A stretch of DNA of 64,000 nucleotides from Eubacteriales bacterium (GCA_045537235.1 JAZSPB010000156.1:7982-71981); one strand, 5' to 3'; positions 33,239 to 43,317 are shown, counted from the stretch's first letter. Numbers and translations: made by a program. Notes: generated by a model from the letters alone, not told the origin.

Positions 33239-33889
33239 ATGAAAAAGCAAAAGACAAGACTCATTGTGGTAAGACACGCCCAAAGTGAGAGCAATCAAGC
33301 TAAATTTTATGCTGCGGCTACAAATGTCAACCTTACCGAATTTGGAAGAGAGCAGGCTGAATTAACGGCGGATTTTCTTCGCGACTATCCGATAGATCGC
33401 GCATATTCCAGCCCCATGGTGCGCGTGATCCAAACGGCCAAGCCTATCATTCGCGGGAGAGGCCTTGATCTTGAGATCGTCCCCGACCTTCGCGAGATCG
33501 ACGGCGGTATGTGGGAAGGTCTGCCGTATACCGAGATTGAGAATTGCTATCACAATGAACGCAATCTTTGGTATAATGATTTTATCAATTGTATTTGTCC
33601 GGGGGGAGACAGCGTTAGTGAGCTGTACAATCGTGTCCGTCCTGCCTTTGAAAAGATTATCGCGGACAATCGCGGTAAAACAGTTCTCGTTGCCAGCCAT
33701 GCGACACCCATTCGTTTGATGCTTACCCACTTTTCAGGAAAGCCGATCAAAGAGTCCAATAGCACACCTTGGCCTGAAAATGCTTCGGTAACCATTGTGG
33801 ATTGCTTTGACGACGGAACGTATGATCTGATCCTGTTTGCTCACGATGAGCATCTTAAGGCAAAAAATATGTTTGTTGAAGCGCATTAA
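33239..33889 (+). CDS. Histidine phosphatase family protein (PGM/CobC-like)
   Basis: N-terminal RHAQSESN (RHG motif with catalytic His), EIDGGMWEG and a second His in ASHATPIR. Confidence 0.8.
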   Translation: MKKQKTRLIVVRHAQSESNQAKFYAAATNVNLTEFGREQAELTADFLRDYPIDRAYSSPMVRVIQTAKPIIRGRGLDLEIVPDLREIDGGMWEGLPYTEIENCYHNERNLWYNDFINCICPGGDSVSELYNRVRPAFEKIIADNRGKTVLVASHATPIRLMLTHFSGKPIKESNSTPWPENASVTIVDCFDDGTYDLILFAHDEHLKAKNMFVEAH

Positions 33890-33962
33890 AAAAGGGAAAA
33901 ACATATTCATTTTGGGGATTTCCGCATAATCAATATTTATAGCAAGATCTCCCAAATCCAAT

Positions 33963-34003
33963 AAAAAAGCAGATGCCGTAAATTCGTCGGCATCTGCTTT
34001 TTT
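33963..34003. terminator. Bidirectional intrinsic terminator
   Basis: gcagatgccg / cggcatctgc 10-bp perfect stem, flanked by AAAAAA and TTTTTT. Confidence 0.8.
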
Positions 34004-34012
34004 ATTGGCAAA

Positions 34013-34123
34013 TTACAGATAGACAGCCACAGTATAAACTACGCCTGCAATCATAATGGCGGCCATAAATCCGCAAAAAATTCTTGTCAGCAAGATTTTT
34101 CTCTGTTCTTTCTTGTTTTTCAT
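34013..34123 (-). CDS. 36-aa hydrophobic peptide (MKNKKEQRKILLTRIFCGFMAAIMIAGVVYTVAVYL) at the end of the parC operon
   Basis: It is not in the ORF track (<60 aa). The ATG is preceded by GTGAGGT at 7 nt, 17 nt after the parC-like stop. It has a basic N-terminus plus one TM helix and is followed directly by the terminator. Confidence 0.4.
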   Translation of the reverse strand: MKNKKEQRKILLTRIFCGFMAAIMIAGVVYTVAVYL

Positions 34124-34140
34124 GTAGATTACCTCACTTA

Positions 34141-36375
34141 TTATATTTTTAACTGCATAGCATTAATATCCTTCTCGGCAAGCAAAGTACCGACTGCGGG
34201 AAGCTTTAGTTTGCGATACCCCTTGGTATCTTCTTGTTTGTCCGCGGAGTGGATGCTGGCAGAGATCACTGTTTGCCCCTTTTTCAAGGTCATCAGCGCT
34301 ACACCGCCGGCCGTTCTTGTGGTTTTAACAGGAATCAGGGAAGACTTAAACACAATGGCTCGATCCGCGGAGTTGATCATCATGATATCGATTGGTTTAT
34401 CCTTTTCTTCGTAGAATGCCGCGACAATGGGAGAAGCATCGGAATAAGCGCCTTGCAGCTTTCTTCGAACCGCCCTAGTCTCATAAGAACTGAGCGGAAC
34501 GCGGACACCCTTGCCGTTCTCAAAGATAAAGATCATATGCTCATCTTCGGGATAGGATTTCTGGACGCGCATAAAGATCGGTTTTTCACCGGTTTCCATT
34601 TCCAATTCAGCGGGAATGAATGCACCCATAGCCGAGGCCTTGGTATTTTCGAAATCCGAAACTTTGGCACGGTACAAACGGCATTTGTCGGTAAAGAACA
34701 CCAACTCTGCCGAATTGGTTGTTTCGTAGGAGTAGGTAAGCACATCGCCCTCTTTGAGCTTGTGTTCGTCATTTCCGCGAAGAGAGAGCAGTGTGATCTT
34801 CTTGAAATATCCCTCCCGTGTCAGATAGATGCGAACATTGTAATCATCCTCGGGAGTTTCGTCCACATACTCTTCTACATCGGAAGCATATTCCAAATAG
34901 GATTTTCTCGGCTGACCGTAGGTCTTTTTGATCTCGGTCAACTGCTTGGAGATCAGTGCCTTGACCTTAAGATCGTCACCGAGGATATCTTCCAGTTGTG
35001 CAATATCCTCTTGAAGACCCGTAATCTCATTGATGCGATTCAAAATATATTCTTTGTTGAAATGACGCAACTTGATCTCTGCAATATACTCGGCTTGGAG
35101 CTCGTCCACATTGAAGCCTTTCATCAAGTTTTCAATGACAGCAGAATCCTGTTCGGTATTTCTAACAATCTTGACCGCCTTATCAATGTCCAGGTAAACT
35201 GCCGCAAGACCCATGAGCAAATGAAGCTTTTCCTTCTTCTTGTTCAAATCATACGTCAGTTCGCGCCGCACGCACCCCATGCGGAACAAGATCCATTCAC
35301 TCAAAATTTCGATAATTCCCATTTGACGTGGGGTGGAATTGATCAAAATATTAAAGTTGCATTTGAAGCTGTCTTCAAGCGGCGTCATCTTATAGAGCTT
35401 GGCCATCAACTTGTCGGGATCGGTGCCCTTGCGAACATCAATGGTAAGCTTGAAACCGTTTAGGTCAATTTCATCTCGGAAGTCTACGATCTCCTTGAGT
35501 TTTCCGTCCTTGACCAGATCGGAAATTCGGTTCATGATGAGCTCGATGGAGGTGGAGTAGGGAATTTGCAGAATATCGATACAATTTTGCGTGCGATCGA
35601 AATTGTATCTCGCACGAATCTTGATCGATCCTTGTCCCGTCTCATAAATGGAGCGCATCTGTTCGCGATCGTAAATGATGGTGCCACCACCCGGAAAATC
35701 GGGGGCTTTAATAATATCCAAAATCTTTTCGATGTTGGTTTTGGGGTTCTTCAACAGTGCAATGGCACCGTCGCAGACCTCGGAAAGGTTGAAGGGGCAG
35801 ATGGAGGAAGCCATACCGACCGCGATTCCCGTGTTGGGCGTGACCAGCACATTAGGGAAAGAAACGGGAAACAGCGCAGGCTCGGTCATAGTATTGTCGT
35901 AGTTGGGAACCATATCTACCGCATTTTTATCAATGCCGCGGAACAGTTCAGCGCAGAATTTGTCAAGCCTGACCTCGGTATAACGCGATGCCGCAAACTT
36001 CATATTAGACGAATACTGCTTGCCGAAGGTGCCCTTGGAATCAACGAACGGATGCAAAAGCGCCTCATTGCCACGGGTAAGGCGGACAAGCGTTTCATAG
36101 ATCGCCATATCTCCGTGAGGGTTGAGTTTCATGGTCTGTCCGACAACATTGGCGCTCTTGGTATAACCGCCTGTCAAAAGTCCCATTTTATACATGGTAT
36201 AAAGCAACTTTCTATGTGAGGGCTTAAGACCGTCGATCTCGGGGATCGCGCGGGAGATGATAACGCTCATGACATACGGCATATAGTTTTTCTCGATGGT
36301 ATCGGTAATCAACTGCCGCTGTACGGGCGCATATTTGATAGGAGCATTTTCTGTGACTTTACTTTTTCTTGCCAT
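34141..36375 (-). CDS. parC: Type IIA DNA topoisomerase subunit A (topoisomerase IV ParC-like / GyrA paralogue)
   Basis: 744 aa. YMPYVMSVIISRAIPEIDGLKPSHRKLLYTM, NPHGD, the catalytic-Tyr motif AASRYTEVRL, and a C-terminal beta-pinwheel region. It is shorter than a typical GyrA. Confidence 0.8.
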   Translation of the reverse strand: MARKSKVTENAPIKYAPVQRQLITDTIEKNYMPYVMSVIISRAIPEIDGLKPSHRKLLYTMYKMGLLTGGYTKSANVVGQTMKLNPHGDMAIYETLVRLTRGNEALLHPFVDSKGTFGKQYSSNMKFAASRYTEVRLDKFCAELFRGIDKNAVDMVPNYDNTMTEPALFPVSFPNVLVTPNTGIAVGMASSICPFNLSEVCDGAIALLKNPKTNIEKILDIIKAPDFPGGGTIIYDREQMRSIYETGQGSIKIRARYNFDRTQNCIDILQIPYSTSIELIMNRISDLVKDGKLKEIVDFRDEIDLNGFKLTIDVRKGTDPDKLMAKLYKMTPLEDSFKCNFNILINSTPRQMGIIEILSEWILFRMGCVRRELTYDLNKKKEKLHLLMGLAAVYLDIDKAVKIVRNTEQDSAVIENLMKGFNVDELQAEYIAEIKLRHFNKEYILNRINEITGLQEDIAQLEDILGDDLKVKALISKQLTEIKKTYGQPRKSYLEYASDVEEYVDETPEDDYNVRIYLTREGYFKKITLLSLRGNDEHKLKEGDVLTYSYETTNSAELVFFTDKCRLYRAKVSDFENTKASAMGAFIPAELEMETGEKPIFMRVQKSYPEDEHMIFIFENGKGVRVPLSSYETRAVRRKLQGAYSDASPIVAAFYEEKDKPIDIMMINSADRAIVFKSSLIPVKTTRTAGGVALMTLKKGQTVISASIHSADKQEDTKGYRKLKLPAVGTLLAEKDINAMQLKI

Positions 36376-36395
36376 TGTTTCCTCCTGCCTAAAAT

Positions 36396-37430
36396 TTATA
36401 CCTTGCGTATTGTATGCGCCGCCGCGCGGATCATGCGGTTATAGAGCGCAAGACCGATTCCGTCCTTTGGGGGAAGATGAGCATAAATGATATCCACATC
36501 CAGCTTGTCTGCATCGCGAAGGGCGGTAAACAGTTTTTTTGCCTGTGTTTCCAGATCGTCGGCTTTGCCAATATCGATCATGTTGTTTCCGGAAAGCTCG
36601 GAAAGCTCTTCCGAATAACAAAGCACAGCACATTTTTTATGTTCGCATTCTTTTGTGAGAAAGGATACGACATTCGTTTCTTCACCATCTAAAAGCACCA
36701 ATGGAATGTCCGGAGCGTAATGCCGATATTTCATTCCCGGAGATTGCGGTCGCTCGTTCGCCCCAAGCTGTTCAATGACCGACGGCGCAATGTCCACCGC
36801 AGAGCAAACACAGAGAAGGGCATCGGCTGTAATGGCTCCCGGACGAAGAAGTGTCGCTCTGTCTCCGTCAAGTCGGATGATCGTAGACTCCAGTCCGATC
36901 TCGCAATCGCCGCCGTCAATGATCATGTCTACTCGCCCATTCAGATCGTCGATCACATGGTGTGCGCAAGTGGGCGACGGTTTTCCCGAAAGATTGGCCG
37001 AGGGCGCGGCAATGGGAAATCCACACGCATCGATCAACTTTCGCGCAATAGGATGTGAAGGGCATCGAACAGCAACCGTTTCCAGCCCACCCGTTACCGA
37101 ATACGGAACCGTTTCCTTTTTGGGAAGAATAACCGTCAGTGGCCCCGGCATAAAGGCCTTGGCCAATTTATAATAAGTATCATTGGTGTGCGCATAGCCT
37201 TCAGCTTGCTCTGGCGATGCAATGTGTATGATCAACGGATTGTCGGAAGGACGACCCTTGGCGGCATAGATGCGTTTTGCTGCCTCCGCATTGGTTCCGT
37301 CCCCTCCGAGCCCGTAGACCGTTTCGGTAGGGAATACCACAAGTCCGCCCTCTCGCAAGATGTGTGCGGCTGAAGAAAGTGCCTCGGGGGCGATGGTCAT
37401 TCCGTCGGTTTTTATAATTTTTGTGTTCAA
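36396..37430 (-). CDS. tsaC: L-threonylcarbamoyladenylate synthase (Sua5/YwlC long form)
   Basis: YrdC domain motifs (VVFPTETVYGLG, KGRP..NPLI.H, APSAN.SG.PSPT) plus a C-terminal Sua5 domain; 344 aa. Confidence 0.85.
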   Translation of the reverse strand: MNTKIIKTDGMTIAPEALSSAAHILREGGLVVFPTETVYGLGGDGTNAEAAKRIYAAKGRPSDNPLIIHIASPEQAEGYAHTNDTYYKLAKAFMPGPLTVILPKKETVPYSVTGGLETVAVRCPSHPIARKLIDACGFPIAAPSANLSGKPSPTCAHHVIDDLNGRVDMIIDGGDCEIGLESTIIRLDGDRATLLRPGAITADALLCVCSAVDIAPSVIEQLGANERPQSPGMKYRHYAPDIPLVLLDGEETNVVSFLTKECEHKKCAVLCYSEELSELSGNNMIDIGKADDLETQAKKLFTALRDADKLDVDIIYAHLPPKDGIGLALYNRMIRAAAHTIRKV

Positions 37431-37445
37431 AGCAAAACCTCGTTG

Positions 37446-38510
37446 TTAATTGCTTTTCAGCTTTTCTGCGGTATCGGCGGTGATCAGGGCATCGATCATC
37501 TCACCAATGTTGCCATTAAGAAAATTTTCCAAAGAATATACAGTAAGACCGATACGGTGATCGGTAATTCGTCCTTGGGGATAGTTGTAGGTTCGAATAC
37601 GCTCACTTCTGTCGCCCGTTCCCACCTGACTTTTTCGCTCCGAGGCAATTTTCTCGGATTGCTCTGTCTGCTTGATATCATAGAGCTTGGTGCGGAGCAT
37701 TTTGAGGGCTTTGTCCTTGTTCTTGAACTGGCTACGCTCCTCTTGGCATTCGATTACGATACCGCTTGGCTTATGGGTCAAGCGAACCGCCGATTCGGTC
37801 TTGTTGATATGCTGACCGCCCGCGCCGCTCGATTTGCATGACTCAAAGATCAAGTCCGCAGGATTGATCTCAATCTCCACATCCTCAACCTCAGGCAAAA
37901 CGGCAACCGTTGCGGTAGAGGTCTGAATGCGTCCTTGGGACTCGGTCTCGGGAACACGTTGAACACGGTGAACACCGCTTTCAAATTTGAAACGAGAATA
38001 AGCACCATCACCTTCGATCATGAACGTAATCTCGCGAAAACCACCCAATTCAGTTTCGTTGGCATTCATGAGAGAGGTCTTGAACCCAACGGTTTCCGCA
38101 TACATACAGTACATACGGTAAAGAACAGCCGCAAAAAGTGCCGCTTCTTCTCCACCTGCCCCTGCACGAATTTCAACCATGACATTCTTGTCATCATTGG
38201 GGTCACGGGGAAGAAGAAGGATCTTTAATTCCTCCAAAAGCGTCTCAATCTTTTTTTGGCAAGCCTTATATTCGTCATTTACCATTTCACGCATATCGGC
38301 ATCCAACGATTCGTCGAGCATTTCCCGCGCCTCGCGACACTCGGTTTCGGTACGCTTGTACTCCCGAAATTTTTCAATGACGGGAGTCAGCCCTTTGTAT
38401 TCCTTCATGAGCTTGGTATATACCTCATTGTCGGAAAAAACATCGGGGCTTGCCAAGCGATTTTCGATGTCAATATATTTTTCTTCAGCGGATTTTAACT
38501 TTTCGAGCAT
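37446..38510 (-). CDS. prfA: Peptide chain release factor 1
   Basis: GGQ motif (SSGAGGQHINKT), the RF1-type tripeptide region VPETESQGRIQTS, and a typical RF1 length with no internal frameshift site. Confidence 0.9.
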   Translation of the reverse strand: MLEKLKSAEEKYIDIENRLASPDVFSDNEVYTKLMKEYKGLTPVIEKFREYKRTETECREAREMLDESLDADMREMVNDEYKACQKKIETLLEELKILLLPRDPNDDKNVMVEIRAGAGGEEAALFAAVLYRMYCMYAETVGFKTSLMNANETELGGFREITFMIEGDGAYSRFKFESGVHRVQRVPETESQGRIQTSTATVAVLPEVEDVEIEINPADLIFESCKSSGAGGQHINKTESAVRLTHKPSGIVIECQEERSQFKNKDKALKMLRTKLYDIKQTEQSEKIASERKSQVGTGDRSERIRTYNYPQGRITDHRIGLTVYSLENFLNGNIGEMIDALITADTAEKLKSN

Positions 38511-38531
38511 GAACGGAAAAGACCTTTCTGA

Positions 38532-39905
38532 TCAATATTTGGAGAATGCGCAGAACGCACGGTAGGTTTCATAAACATCTACCTTGGAAACAATTTCATA
38601 AGGTGCGTGCATGGAGATCACGGGAACACCGAGGTCAACGGTCTCAATGTTGTGCATAGAGATATACTTGGCTACGGTTCCGCCGCCGCCGCAATCCACC
38701 TTGCCAAGCTCACCCGTTTGCCAAAGAACATTGTCCTTGGCCATTACACTGCGAAGCCAAGCAATGTATTCTGCGCTGGCATCATTGGTTCCGCTCTTGC
38801 CGCGAGCTCCCGTGTACTTGGTAAGGATAGCACCGCAAGAAAGCAGAGGGGAATTGCGCTTTTCAAATACGTCGGCAAAGTTGGGGTCATATGCCGCAGA
38901 TACGTCTGCGGACAGACACTTGGAATTGGCACGAACCTTAATGGGGTCTACGCCCAATGCTGACGAAACCGATGCAATCAGGTCAAGCAAAAGATCCGAC
39001 TGCATACCGGTGTTGCCGTCGCTGCCGGTTTCCTCTTTGTCAGCGAGAATACACATGAGAGAATGCTCACTGTCCGCACAATCAAAGATTGCCGTAAGTG
39101 CGGGATATGCACAAACTCTGTCATCATGACCGTAAGCACCGATCAAGGAGCGATCCAGACCTACGTCACGCGCTTTTGCAGCAGGAACAACGCAAAGCTC
39201 TGCCGAGAGGAAGTCGATCTCTGTCATGCCGTATTTCTCGTTAAGAAGCTTAAGAACATTCAATTTAATGGCATCCTCGCCCTCGCCGCAAGGAATGCTT
39301 CCCACAAGCACATTAAGCTTTTCACCGGGAATGGCCTTCCCAAGAGGCTTTTCGTCGTCAGCGTGTCCAAGATGGGGCAGAAGATCGTTGATATAAAGAA
39401 TGGGATCGCTGTCATCTTCACCGATGGTTACCTTAACCACAGTTCCGTCGGTCTTGACTACGACGCCATGAAGTGCCAAAGGAATCGTGACCCACTGATA
39501 TTTGCGGATACCGCCATAATAATGGGTCTTGAAGAAGCTCATGCCGCCTTCCTCATAGAGAGGGCAGGGCTTGAGGTCAATGCGAGGAGAATCAATGTGT
39601 GCTGCCGAAATACGGAAACCGTTCTCAAGATTTTCCCGTCCAACAGTAAATAAGAAAAGGTTTTTGCCGCGATTGTTGTAGTAATACTTGCCGCCGACTT
39701 CAACCTTCATTCCCAAAGAATAGGAAACAAAACCGTTTTTCTCGGCATCGGCAATCGAGCGCTCTACCGCTTCGCGCTCGGTCTTGGCATCGTCAAGATA
39801 GGAAGCATATCCGCGAGCATAATCAAATGCCGCCGCCAGCTCCTTTTCTCCGAACTGCTCATAAAAGCTTTTTTTCTTGTAAAAGAGAATATCCTTGTTT
39901 TCCAT
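38532..39905 (-). CDS. M18-family aminopeptidase (aspartyl aminopeptidase-like)
   Basis: 457 aa. AAHIDSPR, DKEETGS and the C-terminal GVPVISMHAP..E motifs are typical of M18/M42 aminopeptidases. Confidence 0.75.
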   Translation of the reverse strand: MENKDILFYKKKSFYEQFGEKELAAAFDYARGYASYLDDAKTEREAVERSIADAEKNGFVSYSLGMKVEVGGKYYYNNRGKNLFLFTVGRENLENGFRISAAHIDSPRIDLKPCPLYEEGGMSFFKTHYYGGIRKYQWVTIPLALHGVVVKTDGTVVKVTIGEDDSDPILYINDLLPHLGHADDEKPLGKAIPGEKLNVLVGSIPCGEGEDAIKLNVLKLLNEKYGMTEIDFLSAELCVVPAAKARDVGLDRSLIGAYGHDDRVCAYPALTAIFDCADSEHSLMCILADKEETGSDGNTGMQSDLLLDLIASVSSALGVDPIKVRANSKCLSADVSAAYDPNFADVFEKRNSPLLSCGAILTKYTGARGKSGTNDASAEYIAWLRSVMAKDNVLWQTGELGKVDCGGGGTVAKYISMHNIETVDLGVPVISMHAPYEIVSKVDVYETYRAFCAFSKY

Positions 39906-39942
39906 AATGATCTATCCTTTCTTTTCAATTGATTTTATAATT

Positions 39943-40494
39943 TTATGAATCTTTGTATAGTTTTCGATAAATCTCAGCTCTGCGAGTTACCTTTTCCACA
40001 TAGGATGCCGTTTCTGCATAGGGAATATGGATAAGCTTGCCATCGCGAGAATATTCATCGGATTCCAACCATTCGGAGACGCGTCCCATTCCGGCATTAT
40101 AGGCCGCAAAGACGGTCTGATAGTTTTGATAATACCGATATAGGTAACTCAGGAAAAAAGTACCGTATCGGATATTGATTTCGGGATCGTAAAGCGCATC
40201 GACGGGGTGTTCCTCGCCCAACAGCTCATTCAGCCACAAAAACGTGGAAGGCATGATCTGCATCAGCCCCACCGCACCGGCAGAGGAAATTGCATTCGGA
40301 TCAAAGTTGCTTTCCGTCTTGATAACCGCAAATACGATCTCAGTCGGCACATCAAACTCTTTTGCATAAGCCTCCACCGTGTCGGAATATTTCCCGGGAT
40401 ATACAAGGCGAAGGATCAGTGGAGGAGAGAGGGCGACCAAAAGTAAAAGACATAGTAAAAAAATCAGTGTTCGATGCCAAAGCGTTTTTTTCAA
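39943..40494 (-). CDS. Lytic transglycosylase (SLT domain), membrane-anchored
   Basis: N-terminal TM. The SLT catalytic motif is IKTESNFDPNAISSAGAVGLMQIMP, followed by AYNAG. Confidence 0.8.
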   Translation of the reverse strand: MKKTLWHRTLIFLLCLLLLVALSPPLILRLVYPGKYSDTVEAYAKEFDVPTEIVFAVIKTESNFDPNAISSAGAVGLMQIMPSTFLWLNELLGEEHPVDALYDPEINIRYGTFFLSYLYRYYQNYQTVFAAYNAGMGRVSEWLESDEYSRDGKLIHIPYAETASYVEKVTRRAEIYRKLYKDS

Positions 40495-41096
40495 AGAAAC
40501 AACCCCTCCGCTATAAGAATGGACTTTAACTGTTCGGAGGTGTTTTCTTTGTCCGCATCGTTGATCACGGTATACCGAGCTTGCGAGGAATAATAGTCGT
40601 CCGCTTTTTGCGCAGCCAAACGAGCTTCGGCGGCATTTACCGTCAAACGATCCCGTTTTATGATCCTTTGCAATCGAAGCTCATAAGGCGCAAGGACAGC
40701 GATACAAAAATCACACATCTCATCGAAACCAGCCTCAAACAGTAAGGGCGCATCTACCACGACCGCACGGCAATGTTTCATTTTATACTTATCAAGAAGC
40801 CGAGAGGTTTTTTCTCTCACATATTTATGCGTGATTCGATTCAGAACCGCAGCACGTTCTCGACTCATATCGGAAAAGACAATAGCCGCAAGTGCTTTTC
40901 GATCAATTCCGCCTCGCCCGTTAATAATCGACTCTCCAAATTCATTGACAAGCTCGCGTGTGCAAGGAGAGGGAGCTTTGATCAAATTGTGATATACATT
41001 ATCCGTATCAATGCAAGGAATCTCCTGCGAGGAAAAATAATCACAGCAAATGCCTTTTCCCGCGCCGCTGGGACCGGTAAGACCGATAACCTTCAT
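40491..41096 (-). CDS. coaE: Dephospho-CoA kinase
   Basis: From the ATG at 41096: MKVIGLTGPSGAGKG (P-loop) and ...VVDAPLLFE.... The longer ORF-track start would overlap the upstream gene by 168 nt. Confidence 0.85.
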   Translation of the reverse strand: MKVIGLTGPSGAGKGICCDYFSSQEIPCIDTDNVYHNLIKAPSPCTRELVNEFGESIINGRGGIDRKALAAIVFSDMSRERAAVLNRITHKYVREKTSRLLDKYKMKHCRAVVVDAPLLFEAGFDEMCDFCIAVLAPYELRLQRIIKRDRLTVNAAEARLAAQKADDYYSSQARYTVINDADKENTSEQLKSILIAEGLFL

Positions 41097-42247
41097 CGTT
41101 TTTCCTCCACGGTTCGCCATGCGCCTTCTGCCGCCGAACAATAGGCCGCTTCCATGATAGCCTGCACATAGGCGCCGTCGGTAAAATCGGGAGCGGATTG
41201 CGTCTGGGTATATACCGAATTCAAAAAATGGTAGAGACTTTCCACATGACCGCGAAGCCATCCCGAAGAGGCTTTAGGAGAGGGGAACACGCCACCGGGC
41301 GTGGGGTATCTTCCTACACACTCGATACGCGTGAAGCCTCGAGCTCCTCCCAGCTCTGTATCGGGAAGGGTGTTGTCATAAAAATACAACCAGTTTGGCT
41401 CCATCAACGAAAAACGCAAGGAACCTTTTTCACCGAACAGCTCTAAAAATATATCATCGTTCGCTCCCACCGCAACCTTGCTTGCCGAAATCGTTCCGCA
41501 AGCGCCGTTTTTGAGCTTGACCAGCATATAAAAGGCTTCGTCCGCGTTGGTTTTCCACGCGCCGCCGTCCATTCCCGTGCGCATAGGATAAGCAATTTGT
41601 GTCATAGCACAAACCGAATCAAATTCACCGCAAAGGTGATAGATCAAGTCGATAACGTGCGACCCAAGATCGAAGAGAACACCGCCTCCGCAAATATCTC
41701 GATTCTGCTTCCAACCCGCTTTTTTTTCAACATTGGTGGCACTGCTGTGAAGATAGGAGGCAGAGAAGGAGAGCATACGACCAATGCGCCCCTCATCAAC
41801 CAGTTGCTTGGCACGAAGAATGGGAGCGAGAAAACGGTTGTTGAATACAATATTGTGAATTTTTTTGCTGTTTTTTTCAGCCAGCGCCGCAATTTCGTTG
41901 GCTTGTTCGGCTGAAATACAGAGCGGTTTCTCACAGTAAATATGTTTTCCGGCCAAAATGGCTTTTTTCAGGGTGGAGAAATGGCAATTATTGGGCGTGC
42001 ATATATCAATCACATCAATATCAGACGAGAAGATCAGATCATCTTCGCAAGCTGTAGCCACCGAAAAGCCGTATTGCTCACAAATGGCGCGAGATTTCTC
42101 CATGCTTGTGGTACATATGCCGACAATCTCTGCTTGAAAGGGAAGATCACGATAAAAATAGTTTAAATTATTGACCGCGTACGAATGTGTTTTTCCCATG
42201 CTGCCGAATCCCAACAGACCGATTCGGATCACCTTTTTTTCAGCCAT
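41093..42247 (-). CDS. Gfo/Idh/MocA-family NAD(P)-dependent oxidoreductase
   Basis: The N-terminal Rossmann motif IRIGLLGFGSMGKTH, the EKPL motif (YCEKPLC), and the size (384 aa). Confidence 0.8.
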   Translation of the reverse strand: MAEKKVIRIGLLGFGSMGKTHSYAVNNLNYFYRDLPFQAEIVGICTTSMEKSRAICEQYGFSVATACEDDLIFSSDIDVIDICTPNNCHFSTLKKAILAGKHIYCEKPLCISAEQANEIAALAEKNSKKIHNIVFNNRFLAPILRAKQLVDEGRIGRMLSFSASYLHSSATNVEKKAGWKQNRDICGGGVLFDLGSHVIDLIYHLCGEFDSVCAMTQIAYPMRTGMDGGAWKTNADEAFYMLVKLKNGACGTISASKVAVGANDDIFLELFGEKGSLRFSLMEPNWLYFYDNTLPDTELGGARGFTRIECVGRYPTPGGVFPSPKASSGWLRGHVESLYHFLNSVYTQTQSAPDFTDGAYVQAIMEAAYCSAAEGAWRTVEEKR

Positions 42248-42426
42248 AGTCGCGCCTCCCGAACAAAAAATTACATCTTAAATATTATACACTAAAATCA
42301 TGCAAATTTCAAGTCTTTTTCAAGGATAAGTCAAAAAAACTATATACAAAACGAAAAAAATGTGCTATAATGTAAAAGGAAAAATATATTTGCAAGAAAA
42401 TGAATATCAATGAAAGGATGACCGCT

Positions 42427-43281
42427 ATGTCGGAATATAACAGATTCAAAAAGAACAACCGCAAGTATGAAGAAAACAGAGGAAATCGAGAATATAAAAA
42501 TATTCACAGTCAAGAAGGCTTTAATAATGCTGACCAAGATGAGAATTGCGGTGTTGTTATCGGAAGAAATGCGGTGAGAGAGCTTCTTCGCTCCGATCGC
42601 TCTATTGATAAGATAATGGTAAAAAAAGGCGAATTGGAAGGTTCGATCACCGTCCTTGTTGCGGAAGCGCTTTCTCGTGGTATTCCTGTGATTGAGGTAG
42701 ATAAATCCAAATTGGATGCCGTTTCGGGTTTTGCCCCCCATCAAGGGATCATCGCCATGGCGGCAGAGAAAAACTATTCCACGGTGGAAGAAATTCTTGC
42801 CATTGCCGAGGAGCGCGGAGAAAAACCGCTGATCGCCATCTCGGACGGCATCACCGATCCCTATAATTTGGGTGCTCTGATTCGTTGCGCAGAGGGGGTT
42901 GGTGCTCACGGACTTATTATCCCCAAGCGCCGTGCTACCGGGCTGACTCCGCTGGTAACCAAGGCCTCGGCCGGCGCCATTGAGCATCTTGCTATTGCCA
43001 AGGTGTCCAACATTGCCTCGACGATTGAACTTCTCAAGAAAAAAGGTCTTTGGGTCTATGCGGCCGAGGCCGGGGGACAAAATTATTTTGAAACCGATTT
43101 TACCGGCGGATGTGCCATTGTTTTTGGCAGTGAAGGGAACGGAGTATCCAAGTTGGTTCAGGAAAAGAGTGATTTTATCACATCCATTCCCATGTACGGC
43201 AAGGTAAATTCCTTCAATGTATCTACCGCAGCCGCGGTCATTCTTGCCGAGGCATCTCGTCAGCAGCGCTTCGGAAAATAA
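42427..43281 (+). CDS. rlmB: 23S rRNA (guanosine-2'-O)-methyltransferase RlmB (SpoU/TrmH family)
   Basis: SpoU substrate-binding domain (GRNAVRELL..), then SpoU_methylase motifs (DGITDPYNLGALIRCAEG.GAHG, FGSEGNGVS, IPM.G.V.S.NVS.A). It has a K/N/E-rich N-terminal tail. The start is ambiguous (42400, 42418 or 42427). Confidence 0.8.
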   Translation: MSEYNRFKKNNRKYEENRGNREYKNIHSQEGFNNADQDENCGVVIGRNAVRELLRSDRSIDKIMVKKGELEGSITVLVAEALSRGIPVIEVDKSKLDAVSGFAPHQGIIAMAAEKNYSTVEEILAIAEERGEKPLIAISDGITDPYNLGALIRCAEGVGAHGLIIPKRRATGLTPLVTKASAGAIEHLAIAKVSNIASTIELLKKKGLWVYAAEAGGQNYFETDFTGGCAIVFGSEGNGVSKLVQEKSDFITSIPMYGKVNSFNVSTAAAVILAEASRQQRFGK

Positions 43282-43317
43282 ATTCTTTATCAAGTTTACG
43301 AAAGGAGTTTCAACGGT

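Noticed and set aside
34234-35463. 409-aa + strand ORF (and the 217-aa ORF at 35566-36219)
   Set aside because: Both are antisense to the ParC-like gene, whose motifs (catalytic AASRYTE and others) are unambiguous. No start context or family resemblance is present.
37446-38510. Programmed +1 frameshift, as seen in release-factor genes
   Set aside because: This is RF1 (a single uninterrupted ORF with GGQ and an RF1-type recognition loop). The autoregulatory frameshift is a feature of prfB (RF2) only.
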